From Promethearchaeota archaeon (lineage in GTDB: Archaea > Asgardarchaeota > Lokiarchaeia > Sigyniarchaeales > SOKP01): a stretch of 64,000 nucleotides of DNA. Positions 48,510 through 58,390 of this stretch are shown here, in pieces. The stretch is from positions 384,001-448,000 of the forward strand of contig JAEOUA010000006.1 of assembly GCA_016839555.1 (NCBI GenBank). The letters are read 5' to 3'. A program made the translations under genes and the position numbers. Numbering within the stretch: position 1 is the first letter of the stretch; the number at the start of each line of letters is the position of its first letter. A model generated the notes under the pieces. That model searched no databases, was not told the DNA's origin, and worked only from the letters and a program-made list of their open reading frames with translations.

Positions 48510-49148
48510 ATGTTCAACTACCTAAAAATGGCAAAAAAAGCTAAAGAAGTTTGCCCGTATTGTGGAAAAGAGTTCACTTACCTCAGCAGACATAAATGTA
48601 AAGTTAAAGAGCGCATGGAAAGTAAAGAGGATGAATCTACTCAGAAGGAAATAAGGCAGGAAAGGGTTAAGGAAAGAAAAAAGGAATTAACCCGAAAATT
48701 AAATAAAGATGAACAGGAAGTTCTTGATATTATTAATAAAGAAAAGGATTTAATATTTGAAGAGTTAATAGATATGGTGGATATTGAAAGAAATAAGTTA
48801 GATGAAATAATTGATTTATTAGAATTACAATCAAAAATTAAAGTAAGAAGAGAACTTATAAATGCCTCTTGGAGTAAACATATTTTTTCAATAGAAGAAT
48901 TAGAGGAAGATCTTAAGGTAGAAAAAATTGAAATTGATAAAAGTAAACCAGATTGGTTGTGGAGAGAATTTTTAAAGCAACCATGTTTTATTTGTCCATT
49001 CACAGAACAATGTAGCGATGATAATCCAGATATTTATAATCCAAATCATTGTCCATGGTTAACTGAATGGATAGAAGCATCTCTTTCCGGGGAGGAATAT
49101 ACAGCTAATTTTGATATTTACAAAGAAGAATATTTTGGGGAAGAATAA
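48510..49148 (+). CDS. TFE-beta / RNA Pol III RPC34-like protein (winged helix plus C-terminal Fe-S motif) with an N-terminal Zn finger
   Basis: PCFICPFTEQC...NPNHCPWLTEW; CPYCGK..YLSRHKC at the N-terminus. Confidence 0.75.
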   Translation: MFNYLKMAKKAKEVCPYCGKEFTYLSRHKCKVKERMESKEDESTQKEIRQERVKERKKELTRKLNKDEQEVLDIINKEKDLIFEELIDMVDIERNKLDEIIDLLELQSKIKVRRELINASWSKHIFSIEELEEDLKVEKIEIDKSKPDWLWREFLKQPCFICPFTEQCSDDNPDIYNPNHCPWLTEWIEASLSGEEYTANFDIYKEEYFGEE

Positions 49149-49182
49149 TTATGAAAATTATTAAGTTTATTTATTCATAACA

Positions 49183-49824
49183 TCATATTTTTTTAAGACA
49201 AATAACATATATTTCATTACTTTTATTTTTAGACGCTTTTGGTTTATAGACTTTTACAAACCTAAAATATTTTTTTAAATCTTCTTTTATTACCTTCATA
49301 TCGGGACCTTGGAAGAGTTTAATTACTAGGTTTCCCTCTACTCTAAGGAATCGTTTAGCGATATCAAGCACCTTATAGCATAACTTAATTTGTTGAATAT
49401 GATCACTAAAATGATTACCCGATTTCTTAATAGACGCATCAGAAAGAATTAAATCCAATTTTTTATTATTAAAAAACTCACTAATTTGATCTTTAAATTC
49501 AGGATTTCTAAAATCCACTCTTACTACTTTTACGCCTTCTATTGGAGAAATATGTTTTAGATCTGCACCCATTATTTTAAAATGGTCTCTAGAGTAATGA
49601 CTATCATTATTTTTTTCCATATTTCTTTCAGCATATTGTTTCGCAACTTGAAGCCAGGAACCTGGAGCACTTCCTATATCTAATATATAAAACGCTCGTT
49701 TGAAAATCTTAAACCTTTTATGAATGTTTAATAATTTATATGCCGATCTTGCCCGATATCCCTCTTTTTTAGCCTTAATATAATGAGGATCTCGTTTATG
49801 TCTATAAGAATCATTATCAGTCAA
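49183..49824 (-). CDS. rlmE: 23S rRNA Um2552 2'-O-methyltransferase RlmE/FtsJ
   Basis: AKKEGYRARSAYKL, DIGSAPGSWLQV, LSD, K.FQG, KP.AS...S.E.Y. Confidence 0.95.
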   Translation of the reverse strand: MTDNDSYRHKRDPHYIKAKKEGYRARSAYKLLNIHKRFKIFKRAFYILDIGSAPGSWLQVAKQYAERNMEKNNDSHYSRDHFKIMGADLKHISPIEGVKVVRVDFRNPEFKDQISEFFNNKKLDLILSDASIKKSGNHFSDHIQQIKLCYKVLDIAKRFLRVEGNLVIKLFQGPDMKVIKEDLKKYFRFVKVYKPKASKNKSNEIYVICLKKI

Positions 49825-49825
49825 T

Positions 49826-51088
49826 TTAATCTACCCCATTCTCTAATTTTTTTAATAGATTTTTTAAAGAGATGATATCCATAGTAGTTTTTATGGATGT
49901 GAAATCAAAATGTGTTCGGGATGCTTTATAGCCTTCTTTCTGTATTTTGTTGATTAAGACATCCATGGTTGGAATAGATTTATTAGCAATTTGATGGCAA
50001 AGAGTATGAACATTATAATATCCTATTGGCATATTTATCTCATCTAAACAAAATTTCAATATATTAGCAATTCTTTGATTGTTTTTTATGACGAATTCCG
50101 ATTTTTTATTTAAATCATTAATTTTTTTGATAAAATTAAAGTAATGGAGTTTGCCAATCCATAAAGGACCCGCATAATCTAGATTTTCTGCTCCGCATAG
50201 TTTACATTTAATGGTTTTATTCAAAATATTAAAATTGATGGCGAAATGGTGTCCACAATCTCTACAATAAATAATATAGCCATAATTGCCCATTGATTTA
50301 AAAATTTCTGTTTTAGATTTAAATGTTATTAAAAAGAGCCGAATGAAATGATTAGAATAAAAAGTTAATATAGGAATAATTCCAAGATTGTTAATATTTG
50401 CAATTCTTGAGATGAAATAAATCAAAATTCGCGCGCCTATTTCCTTACAGAAGTTATTATGTAGTGGCTTCGCTATATATTTCCTTAAGCAAGCTTTTGG
50501 TCTAACACCAAAAAGTACTGGAGTATCGGTAGCGGTAATACATAATAGTCCATGGTCTTGATTTATAGCTTTAAACAAACTATCAATATATAGATTTGGA
50601 GTCCCAAAAGGATCGATTGATATAATATCTGGTTTCTTATAACTTGATGATTCTTCATTAAAGCTTTTTTGAGCTATTTCATTAAAGAGAAGATTAGCAT
50701 CTTTTCTTGAGATGTTAATTTCTATAGGTCTATCCAATAAATTATTTAATTCAAGGTTTTTTTCGATTAATCTTGTTGCAGAAGGATTTATATCATTTAT
50801 AACCATTTTTTGTATATTTGCACAATTTTTTAAAAGCCTAATAGCTCCTATTCCTGACCCTGCCATGGAATCAATAAAAGTTAATTCTTTTTTATCATAA
50901 AGTTCGCTATAGCCTTGAACAGCCAGAACTGTTATATCTCGATTTAATTCCATTTTTTTATTATAGAAAACATTCATAGATTTGGAGGGAGTGGAGTCTA
51001 TATCTTCAGCGAAAATGAAAAATTGTGCTGTGCTTTCCTTTAATTTTTTGAGGTTCTTCTCTTTAAATGACCTATTATTCTTGCTCAT
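49826..51088 (-). CDS. trm1: tRNA (G26) N2,N2-dimethyltransferase
   Basis: VFYN..MELNRD, NDIN, IDPFGTP, TATD, E.G.RIL, GPLW.G.L, SRTHF. Confidence 0.95.
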   Translation of the reverse strand: MSKNNRSFKEKNLKKLKESTAQFFIFAEDIDSTPSKSMNVFYNKKMELNRDITVLAVQGYSELYDKKELTFIDSMAGSGIGAIRLLKNCANIQKMVINDINPSATRLIEKNLELNNLLDRPIEINISRKDANLLFNEIAQKSFNEESSSYKKPDIISIDPFGTPNLYIDSLFKAINQDHGLLCITATDTPVLFGVRPKACLRKYIAKPLHNNFCKEIGARILIYFISRIANINNLGIIPILTFYSNHFIRLFLITFKSKTEIFKSMGNYGYIIYCRDCGHHFAINFNILNKTIKCKLCGAENLDYAGPLWIGKLHYFNFIKKINDLNKKSEFVIKNNQRIANILKFCLDEINMPIGYYNVHTLCHQIANKSIPTMDVLINKIQKEGYKASRTHFDFTSIKTTMDIISLKNLLKKLENGVD

Positions 51089-51134
51089 AGTCTTTATTTA
51101 AGATTTATTTCATTTGCTAAGGTCTTTAATGCCC

Positions 51135-52145
51135 TTAAACTGAATAAAACATTTCAACAGCGTCTTTACTTCCAATTAGACCTCCACAAGTTTTATCATG
51201 GATCTCCTTCACATTATTTAGATTTAAAAGGCTGACATCCTCAATTTTTTTCACAACTTCGGGCTCTTTCTCATCACCAATTATAAGAAATTCTCCTCCT
51301 AAAGTTTTAGCAATGAATGCTAAGGGGAGCCATTCATAATAAAGGCGGATCTTTGGTTTCGGTGATAAGAAATAAGAATAAACTCCCCCATATTTAAGCA
51401 CCGCATGAAAATCACCTACAAAACTTCCACTGTATCTATCTTTAAATTCTTGTTCTATTAAGAGATCTTGATATTTTTGACATTGTTGGTACCATTTATT
51501 TGGATTCCCTCCTAAACATTTAATACCTCCTTTTTTTGGATTTGGAAGTAATAATTCTTCCAAAAAAACATAATGATAAAATGTGGTGCTATAAGGAGTC
51601 GTATCAAGAATGAATTCAGCAACTTTCCCATTAATAGAGATAATTAAATTGGTAAAAATTCCATATAATACATAGAAACTACAAATAATTTTTCCCTCCT
51701 TATTAAAAATACCTACAATCGTGCCGACAGTTCTATTTACTGCTACGTTTGAGGACCCATCTACAGGATCGATTGTTATACCAAAATGTCCATCACCAAG
51801 AACAGGTTCCGCCTCCTCCGAAGCTATAAAAGCAAAATCAGCATCTCCATCCTGAATGGCTTTTAAAATTATGGAATGAGTTAATATATCTTCATGAATT
51901 TGTTCCTCATCATAAATATTTATGGAAATTTGTTGAGGGTCTGTAATATTCAATCGATAATGTAGTTCGTTTGAAGTTATTCCACGTTCAAGAAGACCAC
52001 GTATGGGAACAGTTGCTTCTGCGATGGTGTTGATTATATCAATTAATTCACCGCGATAGGGTGCATAAGATGAGACGTTTTCTTCTAAATATTTTGAGAG
52101 TTTTATATTCTGTTTAAATTGTTGTTTTTTTGAAGAATCTTTCAT
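51135..52145 (-). CDS. fbp: Fructose-1,6-bisphosphatase class 1
   Basis: NIYDEEQ, ASEE, DPVDGSSNV.VNRTVGTI.GIF, RYSGSFVGDFH, K.RL.YE..P.AFI. Confidence 0.88.
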   Translation of the reverse strand: MKDSSKKQQFKQNIKLSKYLEENVSSYAPYRGELIDIINTIAEATVPIRGLLERGITSNELHYRLNITDPQQISINIYDEEQIHEDILTHSIILKAIQDGDADFAFIASEEAEPVLGDGHFGITIDPVDGSSNVAVNRTVGTIVGIFNKEGKIICSFYVLYGIFTNLIISINGKVAEFILDTTPYSTTFYHYVFLEELLLPNPKKGGIKCLGGNPNKWYQQCQKYQDLLIEQEFKDRYSGSFVGDFHAVLKYGGVYSYFLSPKPKIRLYYEWLPLAFIAKTLGGEFLIIGDEKEPEVVKKIEDVSLLNLNNVKEIHDKTCGGLIGSKDAVEMFYSV

Positions 52146-52345
52146 ATCTCTTCACTATTCATTGATTCTTAAATTTAACAATGATTCCTTATTGAAAACT
52201 TTTTATATTTCTTATATTCTTAAAGCGTTTCAATTAAAAATTGGAAAAAGAAATTTTTTTAAGGCAAATACATACGATAGTGAGAAAAATAAGAAATGGA
52301 CTATTGAAATAATTAATTTTTATATTTTTTTATAATATAAAAAAT

Positions 52346-52966
52346 TTGGATGTGACTGTAACTAAATTAGAGCTTATAGATTTTGTTCCGTCAGAGCGCG
52401 CTTCTGAAGTTTCTGATATTGCGCTTTCACCATTAGAATTAGAAAAGTTTGGAATTTATCTATGCAGATTATGGAAAAGGATAATTGATAAAGATTTTCC
52501 ACTCTCTTTATCATATAGAAATCCCACATTTACAAGAATACTTGCTCAAAAGTTTCCAAATGTGAGGGCTGTTCCTTTATTTAAAGCCATTTTTCCAAGA
52601 AACACCTTAAAATTTTTTAATTTTAATGAAAGCTTAGAGAGAGGAATGTGGGGCTCTCAAACACCCTTTTCTCCATTTATTACTGGATGTAAACCGGGTT
52701 TTTATGTATTTCATATCAAAACAAATGGAGATATAACCCCTTGCCCCTTAAATCCTGCTTATCTTGGAAATGTTAAAACGCACCGGATTAAGGAGGTATG
52801 GCAAAATTCAAAAATATTAAATATCTATAGGAATTTAAAGTTTGATAAACACTGTGGGAAATGTATCTACAAAATAATCTGCGGAGGCTGTCGGGCTAAA
52901 GCATATATAGAATTTGGAGATCACTCGGCTTCGGATTACTCTTGTCTATATAATAAGAGATGTTAA
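52346..52966 (+). pseudogene. C-terminal (SPASM) part of a radical SAM protein; the CxxxCxxC core is absent
   Basis: GC.PG..FHI..NGDITPCP...LGNV....I.EVW...CGKC.Y..ICGGCRA.AY...D..C; in-frame TAA at 52310 closes the frame upstream. Confidence 0.6.
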
Positions 52967-53093
52967 GCATCTATTAATTTAAAAAAACTCAAACTTCTTT
53001 TTTAATTTTTTACAGATATTACTTATTACATATAATAATTTTAATAAATCCAAATAAAAATTTTAAAAAAATGCTAAAATTGAAAGAACTAAA

Positions 53094-54230
53094 ATGAGAA
53101 AAAAACCAATTAAATTTATATTAACCAAAATCAATATGCTTATACGACAGAATCTGGGAGCGTTTTTAATCGTATTTGTATGGTTTTTAGCGAATTATTG
53201 TTATTTTCTATATGAAACATCATTTAATTTTCTTGAAAGTATCCATATACTTTTATATTTCAAAGAAAGTTCTACTTTATGGGGTAATTTCTATGCTAAT
53301 TTTACAGAATTCATTATTTTTGGATTAATCTTTGGACTTATCACGATTGATTTATTTCGAAAATATAATCCCGTTGAAACATGTCGAAAATATGCCTCCT
53401 TCTTAGACAATCATATAATAATAATAGGGTATAATAATATTGGTCGCAGGCTTGCTGATTATTTTCGTTCAATAGAAAAAGATTTTATTATTATTGATAA
53501 GGATCCTGAAGTAGTTGCAGATTTAATTGACAGAGAGGAACCTGTTATTGTTGATGATAGTCTCTCTTTAAAAGCACTTCTTGATGCGGGAGTGAAGAAT
53601 GCAGCTGCCGTGTTCATAATGTCAGATCATCTCGACTTATTAATGGTAGTATCTGCTAATGTGAGACACTATAATAAGAAATGCTTGCTTGTGTGTAGGG
53701 TGTTTGAAGATGATATCGCAGAGGTTATTGCAAATACTTATAATGCGATTACAATATCGACTTCAAAATTTGCTGCGGATGTTATATTTAATGAGATAGA
53801 AAAAAACAATCCTCAAAACATTCTGCTTATTGGAATGAATCATATAAATATAAGATTATTAGATAAGATAAAAAAGAATTTCAAGGATGTAAATTATTGT
53901 TTAATAGAGGAAAACGAGGAATTAGTTGAGGAACTTTTAGAAGAAAAGGATACTAAAGTGATTATCGGAGATCCAAAGGAATATATTACTTTACAAAAAA
54001 TACCTATTAATAAGGTGACCCTAGTAATTAACACCTTACCTGATGCTGCAAAATCGATACTAATAACAAAGCGTATCAGAGATCTTAACCAGAATTGCAA
54101 AATAATCTCAAGATTTTTCTTAGAAAATGTGGCCGAAGTTATGATGGAACCTCCCTTTAATGCTGAAGTAATTAGTTCTTCAAAGTTTACTATAGAATTT
54201 CTGAAAAAAAAAGGAATCCTTAATATTTAA
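53094..54230 (+). CDS. Potassium channel-related protein with two TrkA-N (RCK) domains
   Basis: 2 TM segments; NHIIIIGYNNIGRRLA; second RCK domain (IIGDP). Confidence 0.8.
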   Translation: MRKKPIKFILTKINMLIRQNLGAFLIVFVWFLANYCYFLYETSFNFLESIHILLYFKESSTLWGNFYANFTEFIIFGLIFGLITIDLFRKYNPVETCRKYASFLDNHIIIIGYNNIGRRLADYFRSIEKDFIIIDKDPEVVADLIDREEPVIVDDSLSLKALLDAGVKNAAAVFIMSDHLDLLMVVSANVRHYNKKCLLVCRVFEDDIAEVIANTYNAITISTSKFAADVIFNEIEKNNPQNILLIGMNHINIRLLDKIKKNFKDVNYCLIEENEELVEELLEEKDTKVIIGDPKEYITLQKIPINKVTLVINTLPDAAKSILITKRIRDLNQNCKIISRFFLENVAEVMMEPPFNAEVISSSKFTIEFLKKKGILNI

Positions 54231-54284
54231 TTTTAGTTATCTTAGAAGGGAATTTATACTCTATAGGAACTAATCTTTATTTTA

Positions 54285-54998
54285 TTATTTAATCTCTTCA
54301 AACCCATATTTAGTTATATCAAGTTCGAATTCTAATGGTATTTTTTGATTAGATTGAATTAATACTAATTTCCTCCTATTTAAAATCTCGGTTCGTTCAA
54401 TTTTAAGCGAATAAGAAATCCAATAGTCCATAACAGCACCTCCGCTGGAAACATCTTCAACTACTCCATCCTTGGTATCTTTACTGCTTTCATTGATAAG
54501 CAATATTTCTACATCATATTTCTTATTTAAATACTTTAAATTTGCTAAAATTTGATGCAATTGATAATTTAGCTTAACATTTTGCTCTTTTTTTGTTGGA
54601 TTTAAGTTTAATTTATATAAATCTGTAAGAGAGTCAATAATAATTAAATTAATAGATTTATTTTCAATTTTTTTACCCTCCAATAATAAGAATTCAAAAT
54701 TAAAGCTCGCTTTAAATAACTCATTAAAGTTAATAATATTTATTAATTTTAGATTTTCCATTACTTTTGGAGACAAAGAATGGATTTTTGGTTCAGAAAT
54801 AGTTTTAACTTTTTCTATAGGTAATTCTGGTTTAGTATAAATATATAAGATGCTGTAGTGAGGAGTTAACGAATTAAGTGCGGTCTGAATCGCGAAGGTG
54901 GTTTTTCCCACACCAAAATCTCCAAAACAACTGAGCAATCCTTTAATTATGGAAACATTTTTAAAAACTTTGTTTAGCTTTGATGCGGGGAAAATCAT
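54285..54998 (-). CDS. RadB-like RecA-superfamily ATPase
   Basis: FGDFGVGKTTFAIQ, LIIIDS...LY, ILLINE, GG.VMDYW. Confidence 0.8.
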   Translation of the reverse strand: MIFPASKLNKVFKNVSIIKGLLSCFGDFGVGKTTFAIQTALNSLTPHYSILYIYTKPELPIEKVKTISEPKIHSLSPKVMENLKLINIINFNELFKASFNFEFLLLEGKKIENKSINLIIIDSLTDLYKLNLNPTKKEQNVKLNYQLHQILANLKYLNKKYDVEILLINESSKDTKDGVVEDVSSGGAVMDYWISYSLKIERTEILNRRKLVLIQSNQKIPLEFELDITKYGFEEIK

Positions 54999-55048
54999 TA
55001 TTCTAGTTTAAAAATTTTTAATTTTATGATTAATTTAATTATTATGAA

Positions 55049-55927
55049 TTGAGTAATAAAACTAAAACTAAAGTCTTTGTCATTAGTAATGATTATAAAT
55101 ATTTCTACAAATTAAATCGGGCCCTTAAACGTTTAAGAATCCTATTTAAAATTGTTAATTTTAATGATAGATTACCCAATACTCCCGCTCTTTTGCTCAC
55201 CACAGAAAATGAGCTAGAAAAATTAAAATCCAAGAATAAAAATCACGTAATTCTGCCTTATGATAGAAAAGAGGATTTTGAAAAATATGTTTTTGATATT
55301 TTAAAGATTCATAATTGTGGACCAGATTTGCATTCTGAATTATTATTTTCAATTGATCCGGGTGATACTATCGGCTTAGCTGTGTTCTTAGATGGAACTT
55401 TTTTCTACTCTCACACGTTTTATAGTAAAAAAACTCTAATAGTGAATATTAAAAAGTGTGTTGAAAAAATAGAAGAAGGAGAAGATCAGAAAAACGGAAT
55501 AAAAATAATATTTAAAGTGGGAAGAGGGGTATTTCCATTAACTTTGGATCTTATAGAGACTATTTATGAAATGTTTTGCAAAAAAAATGAGCTTGCGATA
55601 TATATGGTAAATGAATCAAAATCTTCTAAAATAAAGTTCCATAAATATTTTAATAACCTTTCAAAACACGAATTATCAGCTTTAATTCTTGCGCTTAGAA
55701 AAGGTATAAAAGCTGACCAAAATAATTATGTTAAATTTTTTGAGCTTAAAAAGGGAAATAAAGAAATAAAAGAAAAATTAGAAAAAGAATTAATGGATAT
55801 CTCCTTTTTAACTAAGGAGCGTGAGTTACTTAAGAAATTAATTTCTGATTTAATAAATTGTAGGATATGTATTGATGAAGCTTTTAAAATAATAGAGCAG
55901 AAAAAAGCTATTTCTACGTTTACTTAA
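55049..55927 (+). CDS. Hypothetical protein with an RNase H-like (IDPG..GLA) domain
   Basis: SIDPGDTIGLAVF...KVGRG...VNE..SS...H..SA..LALRKG. Confidence 0.65.
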   Translation: MSNKTKTKVFVISNDYKYFYKLNRALKRLRILFKIVNFNDRLPNTPALLLTTENELEKLKSKNKNHVILPYDRKEDFEKYVFDILKIHNCGPDLHSELLFSIDPGDTIGLAVFLDGTFFYSHTFYSKKTLIVNIKKCVEKIEEGEDQKNGIKIIFKVGRGVFPLTLDLIETIYEMFCKKNELAIYMVNESKSSKIKFHKYFNNLSKHELSALILALRKGIKADQNNYVKFFELKKGNKEIKEKLEKELMDISFLTKERELLKKLISDLINCRICIDEAFKIIEQKKAISTFT

Positions 55928-56213
55928 AAATTCTTAGTTCATATTTTTTAAGTTAATAAATATAAATTATAGATTTATAAACTCTACTTCTTTAAACATT
56001 TGTAATATCAGAAAATTCATTTAGTTTATTAGGTATATTCAAAATTTAAAAAAATCATTAAAAAAAAAAGCAGTGTTGATATATCTAAAGGATTTGGAAG
56101 CGAAAGAGTTAATATTAAACTTTTTATTAATAACGAAACAAATATAACATTATTAACATAGGATCGGTTTAATTTGATTTTAGTTTCTATATCTCGGATA
56201 TATAAAGCATCAT

Positions 56214-57035
56214 CTATTCCTTTAGAAAATCAATAATTAATTGATTAACTTTTGGTGCCTCCTCAATAAAAACATGATGACCTGCATTATTTATAAGTTC
56301 CAATTTACTATGGGGTAATGCCTCATGCATTTCATCTAAGACCAATTTTGGAGACATTTTATCATTAGCTCCACCAATAATAATGGTAGGCTGTTTTATT
56401 TCAGATAAACGATCTAAGAGGTTATGCATAGACCCAGCTTTTTCAAATCTATCGTAATCTTCAGGAGTCATTTTATTACCGGTAAATTCCTTAATTAGAT
56501 CTTCAGCTGACCATAAATCATAGAATTTCTTTTTTGGATTTTCTTTCATTTCTTTTAAAAATCTTCGATGGTGCATTAATTTCGCATATTTCCAAAAGGC
56601 TTCTTCTTTATCTGTTTTAGCCAGCTCATAAAGATCAATAAGAGTATTTTTCAGAATTGTCAATCCAGCCCCTTTGTGATTTGTTCCTATCAATATCAGC
56701 TTATTCACTTTATTCGGATATTTTAATGTGAAATTCTGAGATACCCATCCCCCCATAGACTGCCCCATCAGATGAGCTTTATCCACTTTTAAAAAGTCCA
56801 TTAATCCTTTTAAATCTTCCACCAACGTATCTAGTGTATAATCTTCATTAGGATGATCTGATTCACCAGAGCTTCGCTGATCATAAACAATTACCTTAAA
56901 ATGGGCTGAGAGAGCATCAATCTGTCCAATCCAAACCTTACTTGTCGCTCCATATCCATGAAGCATAAATAAAGGATATCCATCGCCATGGATTTCATAA
57001 TATAATTGAATTCCATTAACTTCTGCAAATGCCAT
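56214..57035 (-). CDS. Alpha/beta hydrolase
   Basis: HGYG, DQRSSGES, GQSMGG nucleophile elbow, AGH. Confidence 0.93.
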   Translation of the reverse strand: MAFAEVNGIQLYYEIHGDGYPLFMLHGYGATSKVWIGQIDALSAHFKVIVYDQRSSGESDHPNEDYTLDTLVEDLKGLMDFLKVDKAHLMGQSMGGWVSQNFTLKYPNKVNKLILIGTNHKGAGLTILKNTLIDLYELAKTDKEEAFWKYAKLMHHRRFLKEMKENPKKKFYDLWSAEDLIKEFTGNKMTPEDYDRFEKAGSMHNLLDRLSEIKQPTIIIGGANDKMSPKLVLDEMHEALPHSKLELINNAGHHVFIEEAPKVNQLIIDFLKE

Positions 57036-57218
57036 AATAATAAATATATATCTTAATTAATTTATAAGTTTTTAATTAGGTTTTATTTCTTATACTTGAA
57101 GTATTAAATATAAATTACAGAATCTTATAATTCATTTCGCTTAGATTATTTAATAACAGAACTTTCATTTGGGTAAATTAATATATATTCAAAATTTAAA
57201 AAAATAATAAGGAAAAAA

Positions 57219-58232
57219 ATGAGTATTGATATATCTGAAGGAATTGAAAGTGGGAAAGTTACCATCAAAGTGCTCACAACTAATACAACAAGTATTACAT
57301 TATTGACTGAAGATAAATTCAAAGGAAAGGTCATACACCCTCAGACTGCAGCGAATAGATTGGTGGGAGAACATGGATTATCATTGAGTTTTCATATAGA
57401 AGAAAATGGTGTGTCACATCTTTTTTTAATGGATACAGGCGGTCTAGGTCAAAATATAGTAGAAAATAGCGAACAATTGAGGGTAAATCTAAATGAAGCG
57501 GAAAAGTTAATATTAACTCACGGCCATACAGATCATTGGGGTGGCCTAACAGCTGTTTTACCTCTACTTAAAGAAGGGACTGAATTTATTCTAAATCCCA
57601 AAGTTTATCAGCAAAATTATATCGTGGTTACTAAATCGGGAGAGGAGATACCTGCCGAAGAATTAGGATCTAATTTTAAAAGATTAGATAAAGCGGGAAA
57701 GTTTAGATGGACTTTAAAAGTACCATTATTGAACAAAAAGTTAGTTACTAACTATGTGGAACAAAATAAAATAAATATTATTGAAACAAATGAACCCATG
57801 AAACTATACGAGGGAATAACCACAAGTGGCGAAATCGAATTATTTAATGAAGATGAGGTTACCAAGGGATTTTATATTCAAAAAAGTAGAAATGAATTTG
57901 AAAAAAATTGGTTTAGGGATGAAACCTCTATTTATATTAATGTAAAGGATAAGGGTCTTGTCGTTATTACTGGATGTGGACATTGTGGAATTATTAATAC
58001 CATAGAACATGGTAAGAAATTGACTGGGATTGATAAAATTTATGCTGTAATTGGTGGATTCCACGAAGAATGGAATTCGAGAGAAAGGATTAAGGAAAAA
58101 GTGAAATATTTCGAGGAGATTAATCCAGAAATCATTGCGGGATTTCATTGCACGGGATTTGAGTTTAATAAGTTAATGTCTCATCATCCTGCGCACACTT
58201 TGGCTGTCTCTGGAACAGAATTTCATTTATAA
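57219..58232 (+). CDS. MBL-fold metallo-hydrolase (dihydropterin-aminobenzene phosphate synthase-like family)
   Basis: GEHGLS, DTG, THGHTDHWGG, DE, TGCGHCG, GGFH, HCTG. Confidence 0.9.
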   Translation: MSIDISEGIESGKVTIKVLTTNTTSITLLTEDKFKGKVIHPQTAANRLVGEHGLSLSFHIEENGVSHLFLMDTGGLGQNIVENSEQLRVNLNEAEKLILTHGHTDHWGGLTAVLPLLKEGTEFILNPKVYQQNYIVVTKSGEEIPAEELGSNFKRLDKAGKFRWTLKVPLLNKKLVTNYVEQNKINIIETNEPMKLYEGITTSGEIELFNEDEVTKGFYIQKSRNEFEKNWFRDETSIYINVKDKGLVVITGCGHCGIINTIEHGKKLTGIDKIYAVIGGFHEEWNSRERIKEKVKYFEEINPEIIAGFHCTGFEFNKLMSHHPAHTLAVSGTEFHL

Positions 58233-58390
58233 TTAATTTCTCTTTTTTATTTTTCTAAATTATTTGTATCGAATATTTTTAAATATAATTTGATTAAATT
58301 TCTCTCTTGAAAAATATCTAAATCAAATAAAGTAGGATTTTCAGATGAAATCTTTAAATATTTAAAAATTTAATCTTAAAATGATACATC

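Noticed and set aside
4838-49185. TGA-ending ORFs (secY, cmk, rtcA, rlmE) as possible Sec read-through
   Set aside because: Each TGA falls at the expected C-terminus of its family, not at a Cys-equivalent position.
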